From positions 2,083-66,082 of the forward strand of contig JACVZY010000106.1 of the NCBI GenBank assembly GCA_014654705.1: a DNA stretch of 64,000 bases, given 5' to 3'. The notes beneath the pieces were generated by a model that ran no database searches, was not told the origin of the DNA, and saw only the letters and a program-made list of their open reading frames with translations. Shown piece by piece: positions 1-9,689 of this stretch; positions within the stretch are counted from its first letter, which is position 1, and each line of letters starts with the position of its first letter. The translations under genes and the position numbers were made by a program. Source of the DNA: Ignavibacteria bacterium. GTDB lineage: Bacteria > Bacteroidota > Ignavibacteria > Kapaibacteriales > UBA4661.

Positions 1-808
1 TCGTTACCTCTTCGGGCTGTGTCAGCACAATCGGTACGGTTTTGAACGTCTCACATTCACCGTCAGAAATATAGTCTTCTTCTGCCATTGCAGAGAGCAC
101 CACATTACGCCGATTGAGCGAAGCCTGATAATTTCTGAGATTCTCATGCAAGCCCGGACGCTGCAATATCCCAACCAAAAAAGCACATTCCGGTACATTT
201 AACTCTTGCGGCGATTTATTGAAATACAGTTCTGAAGCTACTTGCAAGCCGTGTGCGCCGCGCCCGAAATAAACGGTGTTGATGTACAGTTCCAAGATTT
301 CATTTTTCGTATAGGTGCGCTCAATCTGAATCGCCGTAACCGCCTCGCGGATTTTGCGGGTGAGCGTCCGTTCCTGCCCGATATTGACGTAGAGATTGCG
401 AGCAAGCTGCTGCGTAATCGTCGAAGCGCCTTGGCTCAGTCGCCCGCGCAGCACGTTTTTCACGGCAGCCTTGACAATACGAAACGCATGAATACCCCAG
501 TGATGGTAGAACTCACGGTCTTCGGTGGCAATAAGCCCGTTCAAAAACGGCTTCGGGATGCTATCGAACCGCATATAGGTGCGGCGTTTAAGGTAAAACT
601 CATCAATCACTTCGCCCTCGGCGGAGAGAACGCGCGTCGCAAGCTCAGGCTTGGGGTTTTCTAACTCTTCTAGCGAGGGCAATCCTTCGGACACCACATA
701 AATACTGAAAATGACAAGGAAAACCGCCAAACCCGCCATGCCGAGAAGGATAGCACGAAAGAGTGTACGCGGTTTGATGGGAAATTCGGCAAGAGTAATT
801 TTTCTCAT
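1..808 (-). CDS. Class A penicillin-binding protein (PBP1A family), N-terminal part; runs off the window edge
   Basis: Not in the ORF track; translated by hand from ATG at 808: MRKITLAEFPIK, a TM segment, GLPSLEELENPK, then transglycosylase motifs TEDREFYHHWG and GASTITQQLARNL. Confidence 0.92.
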   Translation of the reverse strand, partial: MRKITLAEFPIKPRTLFRAILLGMAGLAVFLVIFSIYVVSEGLPSLEELENPKPELATRVLSAEGEVIDEFYLKRRTYMRFDSIPKPFLNGLIATEDREFYHHWGIHAFRIVKAAVKNVLRGRLSQGASTITQQLARNLYVNIGQERTLTRKIREAVTAIQIERTYTKNEILELYINTVYFGRGAHGLQVASELYFNKSPQELNVPECAFLVGILQRPGLHENLRNYQASLNRRNVVLSAMAEEDYISDGECETFKTVPIVLTQPEEVT

Positions 809-1064
809 AGCTTGATGGAATCAAGAATAATAATGCTTTCGGTCAGTTGTGACGAATACTGCGGAAGTATAGTCGTGAACGACCATCGTTCAGAAAATCA
901 AGAACTATCATCGTTTGGATAGCATGGTCGCTCTACGCATTACGAGCATACCAAGAAAGACTTGCCAAGATACGATTTTTGGCAATTTTTTGTACGAAGA
1001 AATTTACAAAGGGTCGTCAGCCCTTGACAAATCAGCAGCCATCAAACGCTGAAGATTTTCACAA

Positions 1065-1152
1065 TTCACCCCCACTCTTCTGCATTTCACCCGCCTCTTC
1101 CTGCATTTCACCGAAACCCACGCAACAGTGTTCTCCCGAGTGCCGTAGTTTG
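1065..1152 (+). promoter_or_regulatory. Putative LytTR operator array (3x TTCACC, 21-bp period) plus -7-like box upstream of the TonB receptor
   Basis: TTCACC at 1065, 1086, 1107; TAGTTTG at 1146-1152; LytS/LytTR pair lies in the same operon. Confidence 0.7.
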
Positions 1153-1192
1153 CACAAACAACAAGCACACAACACAACTCGGAGACAATTCA

Positions 1193-3415
1193 ATGCAAAA
1201 GCTACCACTATTCTTCGTCGGTATTATGCTGCTCGCACTTTGCGCCCCCAATATCTCTGCCCAAGCACCCGCAAAGCGCGTTGTAACAGGCATTGTAGTC
1301 AATGAGCATGGCGATTCGGTTGGATTTATCAGCGTAAAAATCAAAGGTACAAAAGAAGGCGGCATATCGAACTCACGGGGAGTGTTCACCATTGCAACTA
1401 CCCTCAAAGGCGCACAAACATTGGTAGTAAAAAATCTTGCCTACGAAACACTAGAAGAAAACACTGTACTCGAAAGCGATACAACCCGCGTCATTCTTCA
1501 TCTGCTGACCAAAGTGGTGAATCTGAAAGGCGCAACCGTGTCGGCAAGTGCCTTCACCACAGGCGAAGTGGAAGGTGTTACGCTCAAACCACTGGAAATT
1601 GTTACCACGCCCGGCGCGGCGGCAGATATTTTCCGCGCTTTGCAGACGTTTCCAGGCGTAACCTCGCTCGATGGCGGTTCGGGGCTGATTGTGCGCGGTG
1701 GCGACATCACCGAAACAATCACGCTTATTGACCAAGCAAGCGTCGCTGCGCCCTACCGCGCTCAAGCACCCAACGACGGCACGTTTGGCTTTATCCCACC
1801 CTTTTTTGTGAGCGGCACTTTTTTCTCAAGCGGCGGTATGCCTGCTCGCTATGGCAATGCGCTTTCCGGCGTGGTAGCTCTCGAAAGTCAGTCCATGCCG
1901 ACAGGAAACAGCCTAAATGCAACACTTTCCACAGGCGGTGTATCGCTGGGAGTCGCTTCCGAACTTGTTCCGAGTACGCTTGGTGTGCGTGCATCAGGCA
2001 ATTACTCCAATACCGACATCCTCTTTCGTCTGAACGGCTTACGTGCCGAGTTCAACGAACCGCCCAGTTCGGTGGACGCAAATGTGAGCCTTGTCTGGAA
2101 GTACTCGCCGACGGGCAGAATCAAGGTCTTTAGCTATGGCTCAAGCAATGGTTTATCAACATTCTACGGTTCCGGCACCGAACGCAATCTTTTTTCTACT
2201 GCCCAAGTAAACACCATTCACAACATCCAACTGACGGATGTGTGGCAGGACTGGGTGATAAAAAGCAGCCTCTCGGCGAACACTGTGCACAATACAATCT
2301 CGCAAACAGATTTTGGCATGACAACGCAGCAACTCAACCTCAAAACCCGCACCGATGCCGAAAAAGACCTCTCCGATTGGGTGCGCGTGCTGGCAGGGGC
2401 GGAGGCGGAATATGATGACTTGGCGGCAACAAAAATTATTATCCATCAAAGCACAGAAGTTGGGCGGTATTCCTCCAGAGGAGGTGCGCTGCGCATTGGC
2501 GGCTATGTGGAAACGGAACTGAAACTGACGCGGAATTTACTGGCGGGCATCGGGATTCGCAGTGATTATCAGACTCTTGCACAAGATTTGGTCTTCGACC
2601 CGCGCGTGTCGCTGAAATACGTTTTTACGCCTAGCTTCAACGTACGCGCTGCGTGGGGGATTTTTCACCAATTCGGTCGCCCCGACCAGCTTAATTCGGC
2701 ACTCGAAGGCAATCCCAATCTCAAAGCACAGCAAGCAACACACTACATTGTAGGTGCAGAATACAACGAAGGGGATGCACAAATCCGCATGGAAGCGTAC
2801 AACAAAACCTACGCAAATCTAATTCTGCCCACTTCCGATGGTACACCGCAGAACCTTGGTTACGGCTACGCTCGCGGTCTGGACGTATTTGCCAAGTATG
2901 GTGAATACTTGAAGACGGATTGTAACGGCTGGATTTCGTATTCCTACTTGGAGACAAGCCGCTTGCAAGCACGGCGCGGCACAACGGGCATCACCTACGA
3001 AGAAGGTGCAACACCTTTCGATATTCGTCATAATATCGTCATCGTTGGCAAAGTGCGCGTTTGGGAAGGTCTGAGCGTTGGGGCGACAGCCCGCTATTCC
3101 ACAGGACGGGCATTGACACCGATTGTGGGCGGTCTTGCGCGAATGAGCAACGGCTTTACGTGGTTTGACCCGATTGATGGCGCAGTCGGTTCGGAGCGTC
3201 TGCCCGACCAAATGCGCTTTGATGCCGATGCGTCCTACTTCTTACCCTTTTCCGATAAAGCATATCTCGTCATTTTTGCATCACTTTCCAATGCCACCGG
3301 ACGCGCAAACGTGCTGAACTACACGTATTCAAGCGATTATTCGCGCCGCGAACCAAACGTGAGTTTGAGCAGACAGTTTATCTTTTTGGGCGCAACCATG
3401 ACGTGGCGTTTGTGA
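1193..3415 (+). CDS. TonB-dependent outer-membrane receptor
   Basis: Signal peptide, CarboxypepD_reg-like N-domain, plug motifs (DIFRALQTFPGV, LIVRGG, ARYGNALSGV), barrel motifs (FDPRVSL, GNPNLK), aromatic C-terminus. Confidence 0.93.
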   Translation: MQKLPLFFVGIMLLALCAPNISAQAPAKRVVTGIVVNEHGDSVGFISVKIKGTKEGGISNSRGVFTIATTLKGAQTLVVKNLAYETLEENTVLESDTTRVILHLLTKVVNLKGATVSASAFTTGEVEGVTLKPLEIVTTPGAAADIFRALQTFPGVTSLDGGSGLIVRGGDITETITLIDQASVAAPYRAQAPNDGTFGFIPPFFVSGTFFSSGGMPARYGNALSGVVALESQSMPTGNSLNATLSTGGVSLGVASELVPSTLGVRASGNYSNTDILFRLNGLRAEFNEPPSSVDANVSLVWKYSPTGRIKVFSYGSSNGLSTFYGSGTERNLFSTAQVNTIHNIQLTDVWQDWVIKSSLSANTVHNTISQTDFGMTTQQLNLKTRTDAEKDLSDWVRVLAGAEAEYDDLAATKIIIHQSTEVGRYSSRGGALRIGGYVETELKLTRNLLAGIGIRSDYQTLAQDLVFDPRVSLKYVFTPSFNVRAAWGIFHQFGRPDQLNSALEGNPNLKAQQATHYIVGAEYNEGDAQIRMEAYNKTYANLILPTSDGTPQNLGYGYARGLDVFAKYGEYLKTDCNGWISYSYLETSRLQARRGTTGITYEEGATPFDIRHNIVIVGKVRVWEGLSVGATARYSTGRALTPIVGGLARMSNGFTWFDPIDGAVGSERLPDQMRFDADASYFLPFSDKAYLVIFASLSNATGRANVLNYTYSSDYSRREPNVSLSRQFIFLGATMTWRL

Positions 3416-3478
3416 GCCGAAATCTATTTTGAACAGAAATCCATTTTGAATAAGCATCTGGACGGTAATATCTTGGAA

Positions 3479-3545
3479 CACAGACAGGAATGTCTGTGCT
3501 ACCGAAGCCAGATTTTATGCCGTAGCACAGACATTCTTGTCTGTG
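3479..3545. repeat. REP-like palindromic doublet (GTAG type), copy 1
   Basis: cacagacaggaatgtctgtgctac (3479-3502) and inverted gtagcacagacattcttgtctgtg (3522-3545); second doublet at 44113-44185. Confidence 0.85.
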
Positions 3546-3628
3546 TAGATAGTTCAAGATAATTTCGTTCAATACCTTAGCAATCCATTTTTTTCAATTC
3601 CTTTTCATTTTTTCACGGAGTAATTACC

Positions 3629-4414
3629 ATGCGTACACTTATCGCAACCCTTGTTTTTGTGCTGCTTGCAGGCACGTTTTCTTTTGCTCACAATACACAA
3701 AGCGCTCAGAGCAATGACCCGCTCGTCAAAACAAAAGAAGCCGTACAATCTGCCGCTCTCGTCAGTGATGCAGCAGCCCTCAAAGCCGCACGAGACCTTG
3801 CACTCAGCACCGTTTCTACAAGCCCACGAAAAGCCGTCGCTCTCTACTACGTCGGGTATGCCAATTACAGCCTGTCGGTACTACCCACCGAGAAAGCCAA
3901 CAGCGAACAACACGCCGACGCAGGTATCGCCGCAATGGAAGAAGCTATTAAGATCGACCCCACGCTTGCGGATGCTCATGCGCTTCTTGCCAGCCTCTAT
4001 GGGCGCAAGGCTTCGGGCGGTATGGCAGCCGGCATGAAATACGGCGGGAAATCAAGTTCGGCAATGCAACGCGCAATCACACTTGCCCCCAATAACCCGC
4101 GAATCCTGATGTTGCAAGGGATTTCTCTCTACTTCACGCCCGCAATGTGGGGCGGCAGCAAAGAAAAAGCGCTCGCCAATCTCCAAAAAGCCTGCGAACT
4201 AGCCGAAGGTGGCGCGTGTACAAGCACGGATACGGCATTACCGGATTGGGGACACGCGGAAGTTTTTGCATGGAAAGGCGTAATGTTCAGCGATAGTGAT
4301 GATATGGACAATGCCAAAGCGGCATACGACCGTGCATTGCAGCTTGCGCCGAATTATTCGTGGGTGAAATTTGTCCTTCTGCCCAAATTATCAACAACGA
4401 CAAACACACGATAA
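3629..4414 (+). CDS. Exported tetratricopeptide-repeat protein
   Basis: Signal peptide; TPR helices (AIKIDPTLADAH, AITLAPNNPR, ALQLAPNY); GGAG RBS upstream. Confidence 0.85.
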   Translation: MRTLIATLVFVLLAGTFSFAHNTQSAQSNDPLVKTKEAVQSAALVSDAAALKAARDLALSTVSTSPRKAVALYYVGYANYSLSVLPTEKANSEQHADAGIAAMEEAIKIDPTLADAHALLASLYGRKASGGMAAGMKYGGKSSSAMQRAITLAPNNPRILMLQGISLYFTPAMWGGSKEKALANLQKACELAEGGACTSTDTALPDWGHAEVFAWKGVMFSDSDDMDNAKAAYDRALQLAPNYSWVKFVLLPKLSTTTNTR

Positions 4415-4464
4415 GCGCACGAAGGCATACAAGAATGATGAACTACTTTCAAGGACCAAGTACA

Positions 4465-5667
4465 ATGAATCCAATAGCACGATTATCACGCCGTCAAGCC
4501 GCTCGAGAGCTTGCTTTGTGGGCAGTTATCGCCATTCTCACATACAGTACGGCATTTGCTGAAACGGCAGACAGTACCAAAATCAATACTAAAGACAGTA
4601 CCACAAATAACACATCGGATTATTCCGGCAAATTCATTAGTGGTACACGCTGGGCACCCTTTGTATCTTTTGCTCCGGAAACCAGCACAGTGCTGGGCGC
4701 ACAGGTAACCCATTTCTGGCGACCGCTCTTGCAGGATGACCATGAGCGCCCGTCGAGTGTTTCGATTAGTGGTATTCTCAGCTTCCGGGCGCAGTGGCGT
4801 ATTATGGCGCAGTACGACACGTATTTCGATAATTTTCGCTGGCGGCTTTTCGGTAGTGTCGGTTTTGAGCGATTTCCGCTTGATTTTTACGGCGTTGGTT
4901 CTACCGCGCTCACCACTGAGAGTGAGCGCTTCACGCCGGAGACGTGGCGCGGCGCAGCAAACGTGGCATATCGCCTTGTGCAAACACCGGTGGGCGCGGG
5001 ATTGAGCGCAGGCATACGCTACGAAGGACGCACAGACCGCATTGTTAGCCGCGTTGGTCAAGGGCGCTTGGAAACAAGCGGTATCGCGGGTGCAAATGGT
5101 GGCATCACAAGCGGCGCAGGCGTTTTTCTTGTACTGGATACGCGCGATAATGTTTTTTCGTCGTGGAGTGGGGCGTATATTGAAGCCCGAAGCACTGCTT
5201 TTACGCCGCTTCTGGGTTCATCGTTTACATTTGTGCAAAATATGCTGGACGCGCGATATTTTGTACCGATTTCGATTGCCTCAATGACGCATATTCTGGC
5301 GCTGCAAGGCGGTGCAACGGCAATCACGGGCGGAGAAGCACCATTTTATGCACTTCCTTCGCTCTCTTCCTTGCGCGGAGTGCTTATCGGGCAATTTGCC
5401 GACCGCACCACTGCTTTTGCCCAAGCCGAATATCGCGTGCCGTTTTTGGAGTTGTTCGAGGCAGTTGCTTTTGTGGGCACAGGAGCAAGCGCAGGTCAAC
5501 TTGCCGACCTCGGCGCAGCGCCATTGCAAACAGTAGTCGGTGGAGGAGTACGGTTCTTTTTTGATCCCAATGAACGAATTGGTATTCGCTTGGACATTGG
5601 TGTTCCCGTCAATTCTTCGATTGGCAGTACACCCCGATTTTACTTTACTTTTGGCGAAGCGTTTTGA
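4465..5667 (+). CDS. Omp85/BamA-TamA family beta-barrel protein without POTRA domains
   Basis: DTRDN motif, LRG loop motif, AQAEYR, C-terminal beta-signal FYFTFGEAF; ATG 4465 chosen for its upstream AAGGA (start uncertain). Confidence 0.8.
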   Translation: MNPIARLSRRQAARELALWAVIAILTYSTAFAETADSTKINTKDSTTNNTSDYSGKFISGTRWAPFVSFAPETSTVLGAQVTHFWRPLLQDDHERPSSVSISGILSFRAQWRIMAQYDTYFDNFRWRLFGSVGFERFPLDFYGVGSTALTTESERFTPETWRGAANVAYRLVQTPVGAGLSAGIRYEGRTDRIVSRVGQGRLETSGIAGANGGITSGAGVFLVLDTRDNVFSSWSGAYIEARSTAFTPLLGSSFTFVQNMLDARYFVPISIASMTHILALQGGATAITGGEAPFYALPSLSSLRGVLIGQFADRTTAFAQAEYRVPFLELFEAVAFVGTGASAGQLADLGAAPLQTVVGGGVRFFFDPNERIGIRLDIGVPVNSSIGSTPRFYFTFGEAF

Positions 5668-5719
5668 GAAGTCGTAAGCGAAAATTTGCCAAACCCCAAC
5701 TTTTCCGTAGATTCCGAAT

Positions 5720-6778
5720 ATGATTACCAAACGCACCATAGCTATCATCTGGCTTGCACTGATGCTGTATGCAGCACTTCAGACGGCTCTGATTGTGCGC
5801 GGCGGGAACGCGACTTTTATAGGCGTGTTTATCGGCTCTGCTATTAACGAACACATACGGTTGTTTTCATTGCTTGGCTGTATGTGGCTCATCACCTATC
5901 GCCTGCACTCGTGGCACTGGTGGTGGCAAGTGCCAATATACTGCCTGATGGCTGCATTACTGAGTGTCATGCTTTGGGGTATGAGCGTTGGGATGTTGTT
6001 TGCACTTGGGCAGACACGAAGCGCAGAGAGTGTCTTGGGGCTTTCGCAATGGATTTTACTTCAGCACCTTTTAGAAAACGGTGTCTGCTTGGCAGTGATT
6101 GTCCTTGTGCAGTATCGGCGCGAAATCCGGCAGCGCGAAGAGCGCGAGCGGGAGCTACGGCTTTTGAATACGCAAATGGAACTTGCAGCATTACGCGCCC
6201 AACTCAATCCGCACTTTCTTTTCAATGCTCTGAACGCTGTGAACTCACTCGTGGGAACAGACCCGGAGCGGGCGCGAACAGTTTTGGAAACGCTTGCCGA
6301 CCTTTTGCGCTATTCGTTGGAAAGCGACAGGCGAGAAACGGTGCGCCTTGGTGACGAACTTGACTTTGTGCGTAAATACCTGTCTATTGAGCAAGAGCGC
6401 TTCGGAAAACGCCTCCAAACAAGTATTGAAGCCAGCGAAGCACTTTGGGACGCACCTATTCCGCCGATACTAATTCAGCCACTGGTGGAAAATGCCGTCA
6501 AACATGGCGTTGCGCCCAAAGCCGCAGGCGGCACGGTGTCAGTGATTGTGCGCACAGACGCAGCAGGAAAGAGGCTTTGCGTGGAAATCCACGATGACGG
6601 CGTTGGGATGAATCATAGTACAAACCAGCACCAAGCACACTCCACAGGCATTGGTCTTGCAAACACGGATGCCCGCTTACGGAAATTGTTTGGTGAAGAT
6701 TCCGCGCTAAATGTACAAAGCACCGAAAACGGTACAACGGTCATGTTTTCACTTCCCATTCACAAGCAAGAACCATGA
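5720..6778 (+). CDS. LytS-type membrane histidine kinase
   Basis: About 4 TM helices, LRAQLNPHFLFNALN H-box, QPLVENAVKHG, DDGVG, GIGL. Confidence 0.95.
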   Translation: MITKRTIAIIWLALMLYAALQTALIVRGGNATFIGVFIGSAINEHIRLFSLLGCMWLITYRLHSWHWWWQVPIYCLMAALLSVMLWGMSVGMLFALGQTRSAESVLGLSQWILLQHLLENGVCLAVIVLVQYRREIRQREERERELRLLNTQMELAALRAQLNPHFLFNALNAVNSLVGTDPERARTVLETLADLLRYSLESDRRETVRLGDELDFVRKYLSIEQERFGKRLQTSIEASEALWDAPIPPILIQPLVENAVKHGVAPKAAGGTVSVIVRTDAAGKRLCVEIHDDGVGMNHSTNQHQAHSTGIGLANTDARLRKLFGEDSALNVQSTENGTTVMFSLPIHKQEP

Positions 6779-7572
6779 TACGACTTCTCCTTGCCGACGA
6801 CGAGCCGCCCGCGCGGAGGCTTTTGCGCGAATATTTGAGCGGCATTCAGGGTGTGGAACTGATAGCCGAAGTAGAAAATGGCGCTGAAGCCGTCGTTGCA
6901 ATCAATCACCTGAAGCCGGATGCGGTTATTTTGGACGTAGAAATGCCCGAATTAACAGGCTTTGAGGTTTTGGAGCGTCTGGAAAGCATACCGCACGTTA
7001 TCTTCTCGACTGCCTACAATCAATTTGCCGTACAGGCGTTTGAAGAAAACGCCGTGGATTACCTCTTAAAACCGTACAGCCGCGACCGCTTCACCCGTGC
7101 CATTGCCCGCCTTCAAGAGCGTATCAATACGACATCCGCCGGAATTACGCACCTCGAAACACTTTCCCGCCTTCTGACCAATTTCCCAAGCCAGCAGGCA
7201 TTAAGCCAACAAGCATTAAACCAGCAAGCGTCAAACGCTCAAGCACCTCTCACTCGGCTCATGGTTCGGAGCGGGAACCGCATTATTCCTATTGCGGCGG
7301 CAGATATCGTCTGGATAGAAGCAGCAGAAGATTACGCACTTTTGCACACCGCACAGGGGAAGTTCACGGCAAGCACAGGCATCGGTGAACTGGAAAAACG
7401 TCTTGACAGCCAAGTCTTTATGCGGGTTCATCGCTCGGCTATTATCAACGTGCAGTGTATCAAACACGTGGAGACCGACGCGAGCGGCAATCTGACTACA
7501 ACGATGGTGAACGGGGCAAAAGTAAAAGTAAGCCGCTCCTACACCGCACAAATACGAGGTTTGATTGTGTGA
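6775..7572 (+). CDS. LytTR-family response regulator
   Basis: Receiver (DDE, LDVEMP, TAY, LLKP) plus LytTR domain (FMRVHRSAIIN, VSRSY); ATGA overlap with the kinase. Confidence 0.95.
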   Translation: MIRLLLADDEPPARRLLREYLSGIQGVELIAEVENGAEAVVAINHLKPDAVILDVEMPELTGFEVLERLESIPHVIFSTAYNQFAVQAFEENAVDYLLKPYSRDRFTRAIARLQERINTTSAGITHLETLSRLLTNFPSQQALSQQALNQQASNAQAPLTRLMVRSGNRIIPIAAADIVWIEAAEDYALLHTAQGKFTASTGIGELEKRLDSQVFMRVHRSAIINVQCIKHVETDASGNLTTTMVNGAKVKVSRSYTAQIRGLIV

Positions 7573-7654
7573 AGCCGACCACACTTCCAAATACGAACAG
7601 GATGTTGTAAATTGTCGTATTGATTCACCACAACCACACTGCAAAGGATTTTAT

Positions 7655-8458
7655 ATGCTTTACGACATTGACAACTACTGGCTTACATGGTCAATTCTCA
7701 TTGCTTTCCTGAGCATCCGCTATGGTGTGATTGCCGGAACGATGTTCGTGTGGTGGTATATGATTCGCCGTGAGAGGTGGGCAGCACAAAAAATCCAACC
7801 GAAATACCCCGCCGCGCAAGACTACAAGCGCGAGTTTGGCTATTCGGTGATAACGTTTTTTATCTTTTCCACGATTGCTTCTGTCGTCTATTTGCCACAA
7901 GTACGACCGCTCACGCAGTTGCACCGCGACGTGAGTGAGATTGCAGGCGCAAACACCGCATGGCAGCTTGCATACTGGATTGGCGGTGTGGTGCTTATGC
8001 TCGTCCTCCATGATGCCTACTTCTATTTCATGCACCGCGTCGTCCACAACAAAAAACTCTATGCGCTCATCCACAAGGTGCATCATCTCTCGCATAATCC
8101 CTCGCCATGGGCGGCATTTGCATTTCATCCTTTGGAAGCACTCACGGAATTTCTCATTTTTCCCATTATCGCCTTTACCATACCGCATACACTCGGCATG
8201 ATTGCTACGTGGCTGGGCATTATGACGCTGTACAACGCCTACGGACATTTGGGGTTTGAACTATACCCAAAGGGCTTCAGCACACATTGGCTGGGAAAAT
8301 GGATAAATACGTCCGTCAATCACAATATGCACCACAAGTACGCCACAAGCAATTACGGACTGTACACGCTTGTCTGGGACAGGCTTTTCGGCACTGTCCA
8401 CGCCAAGTATGATGAGACGTTTGAAGAAGTTGCCGCAAGAAAGAGCATTGCAGGCTAA
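7655..8458 (+). CDS. Sterol desaturase / fatty-acid hydroxylase family protein
   Basis: Di-iron His boxes HDAYFYFMHRVVH, HKVHH, YGH, HNMHH; NYG and WDRLFGT motifs. Confidence 0.92.
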   Translation: MLYDIDNYWLTWSILIAFLSIRYGVIAGTMFVWWYMIRRERWAAQKIQPKYPAAQDYKREFGYSVITFFIFSTIASVVYLPQVRPLTQLHRDVSEIAGANTAWQLAYWIGGVVLMLVLHDAYFYFMHRVVHNKKLYALIHKVHHLSHNPSPWAAFAFHPLEALTEFLIFPIIAFTIPHTLGMIATWLGIMTLYNAYGHLGFELYPKGFSTHWLGKWINTSVNHNMHHKYATSNYGLYTLVWDRLFGTVHAKYDETFEEVAARKSIAG

Positions 8459-8477
8459 AGCGAGTAGAGATTATTCA

Positions 8478-9500
8478 TTACCTCTTGGACGATAAACGTA
8501 CAGACAGCGTACCCGAATCAACGTATTTTTCTTGCGAAGAGCGCTCTACACCGCGCTCCAACTCTATCATTCCATCGCGCTCCAATCCTCTGAGCAGTTT
8601 CAAGAGCCATTCGGCTTGCTCGCTTTCTTCATTGTGAAAAAGCGTAGCAGGAAAAAGTTGTGCTGTAATTTCGCTCACCGTAACGCTTTGCCGCGCATCC
8701 ACACCGCGCAGAAGTTGAACAATGCGCCCCCGCCAGATTCGATTCGGAACGCCTTGCCATGATGGTTCGGGACGTTTTTCTTTTTGTTGTTCACGCATGG
8801 TCTCTGCCGATGCACACAGTTCACGAAGCGGGCAAACGCCGCACTTGGGCGCTCGTGCTGTACAAAACAGCGCTCCAATGTCCATTACCGCCTGATGCCA
8901 GCGCGATGCCTTACGGCGCGGATAAATACTCTCCGCAAAATCATACACAATTTTTTCGTCCATCACGTCTGCCGTTGTGGGCATTGGCGCGAGAAGGCGC
9001 GAATACACGCGGCGAATGTTCACATCCAGCACAGCGACGTCCTTGTGATAGGCAAATGCAAGTATCGCGGAAGCCGTGTATGCGCCGATGCCCGGCAGCG
9101 CCAAAAGTTCGTCGTGCGTGGAAGGAACACTCCCGTTGTGCCGCTCCGTCACTACTCTTGCGCAATCCCTGAGACGCAGCGCTCGGCTATTGTAGCCCAT
9201 TCCTTCCCATGCTTTGATAATCGTGGCGTTATCCGCCGCAGCCAGCGCTTGTACGGTCGGGAACATCTGCAAAAAAAGTGGAAGTTTTTCCTGAACCCGT
9301 GCCGTCTGCGTTTGCTGAAGCATTACCTCCGAAACGAGTACGACGTAGGGGTCGGGTGGAGAATCGCTATCGTGAATCTCTCGCCAGACAAACTGCCGTG
9401 CGTGGTGGTCATACCATGCAAGAAGCACTTTTTGCAGGTGTGTTTTTTCACGTGGTGTTTTTGAGGGTGTTTTCAAGATGGTAGAGCGAAACGTGGGCAA
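8478..9500 (-). CDS. mutY: A/G-specific adenine glycosylase (short form)
   Basis: SEVMLQQT, WEGMGYNSRA, HhH LPGIGAYTA, DVNIRR, 4Fe-4S motif CTARAPKCGVCPLRELC; start uncertain. Confidence 0.88.
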   Translation of the reverse strand: MPTFRSTILKTPSKTPREKTHLQKVLLAWYDHHARQFVWREIHDSDSPPDPYVVLVSEVMLQQTQTARVQEKLPLFLQMFPTVQALAAADNATIIKAWEGMGYNSRALRLRDCARVVTERHNGSVPSTHDELLALPGIGAYTASAILAFAYHKDVAVLDVNIRRVYSRLLAPMPTTADVMDEKIVYDFAESIYPRRKASRWHQAVMDIGALFCTARAPKCGVCPLRELCASAETMREQQKEKRPEPSWQGVPNRIWRGRIVQLLRGVDARQSVTVSEITAQLFPATLFHNEESEQAEWLLKLLRGLERDGMIELERGVERSSQEKYVDSGTLSVRLSSKR

Positions 9501-9689
9501 AACGATGGGTTCTAAAATACGAAAGTCCGCTTTCTTCTGCTATCAAACAAAGCATAATAAAAAAATCCAGCGAAAATTCGCTGAATTTTTTGTATTTTAT
9601 CTGCTTCGTGTTTGTTCGGCAATTTTGAGCAAATACGCCCTCTAACATCGCACAAATACTATCGTTTCACATATTTTCAGGTTTCACGA

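Noticed and set aside
242..664. 140-aa + strand ORF
   Set aside because: Antisense shadow of the PBP1A gene, which carries clear transglycosylase motifs on the - strand.
4465..4510. Possible twin-arginine signal (SRRQAA) on the Omp85 protein
   Set aside because: Lacks the FLK consensus, and beta-barrels use Sec; start codon also uncertain.
7189..7233. SQQAL/NQQAS 15-bp repeats in the LytTR linker
   Set aside because: Short degenerate low-complexity linker with no evidence of function.
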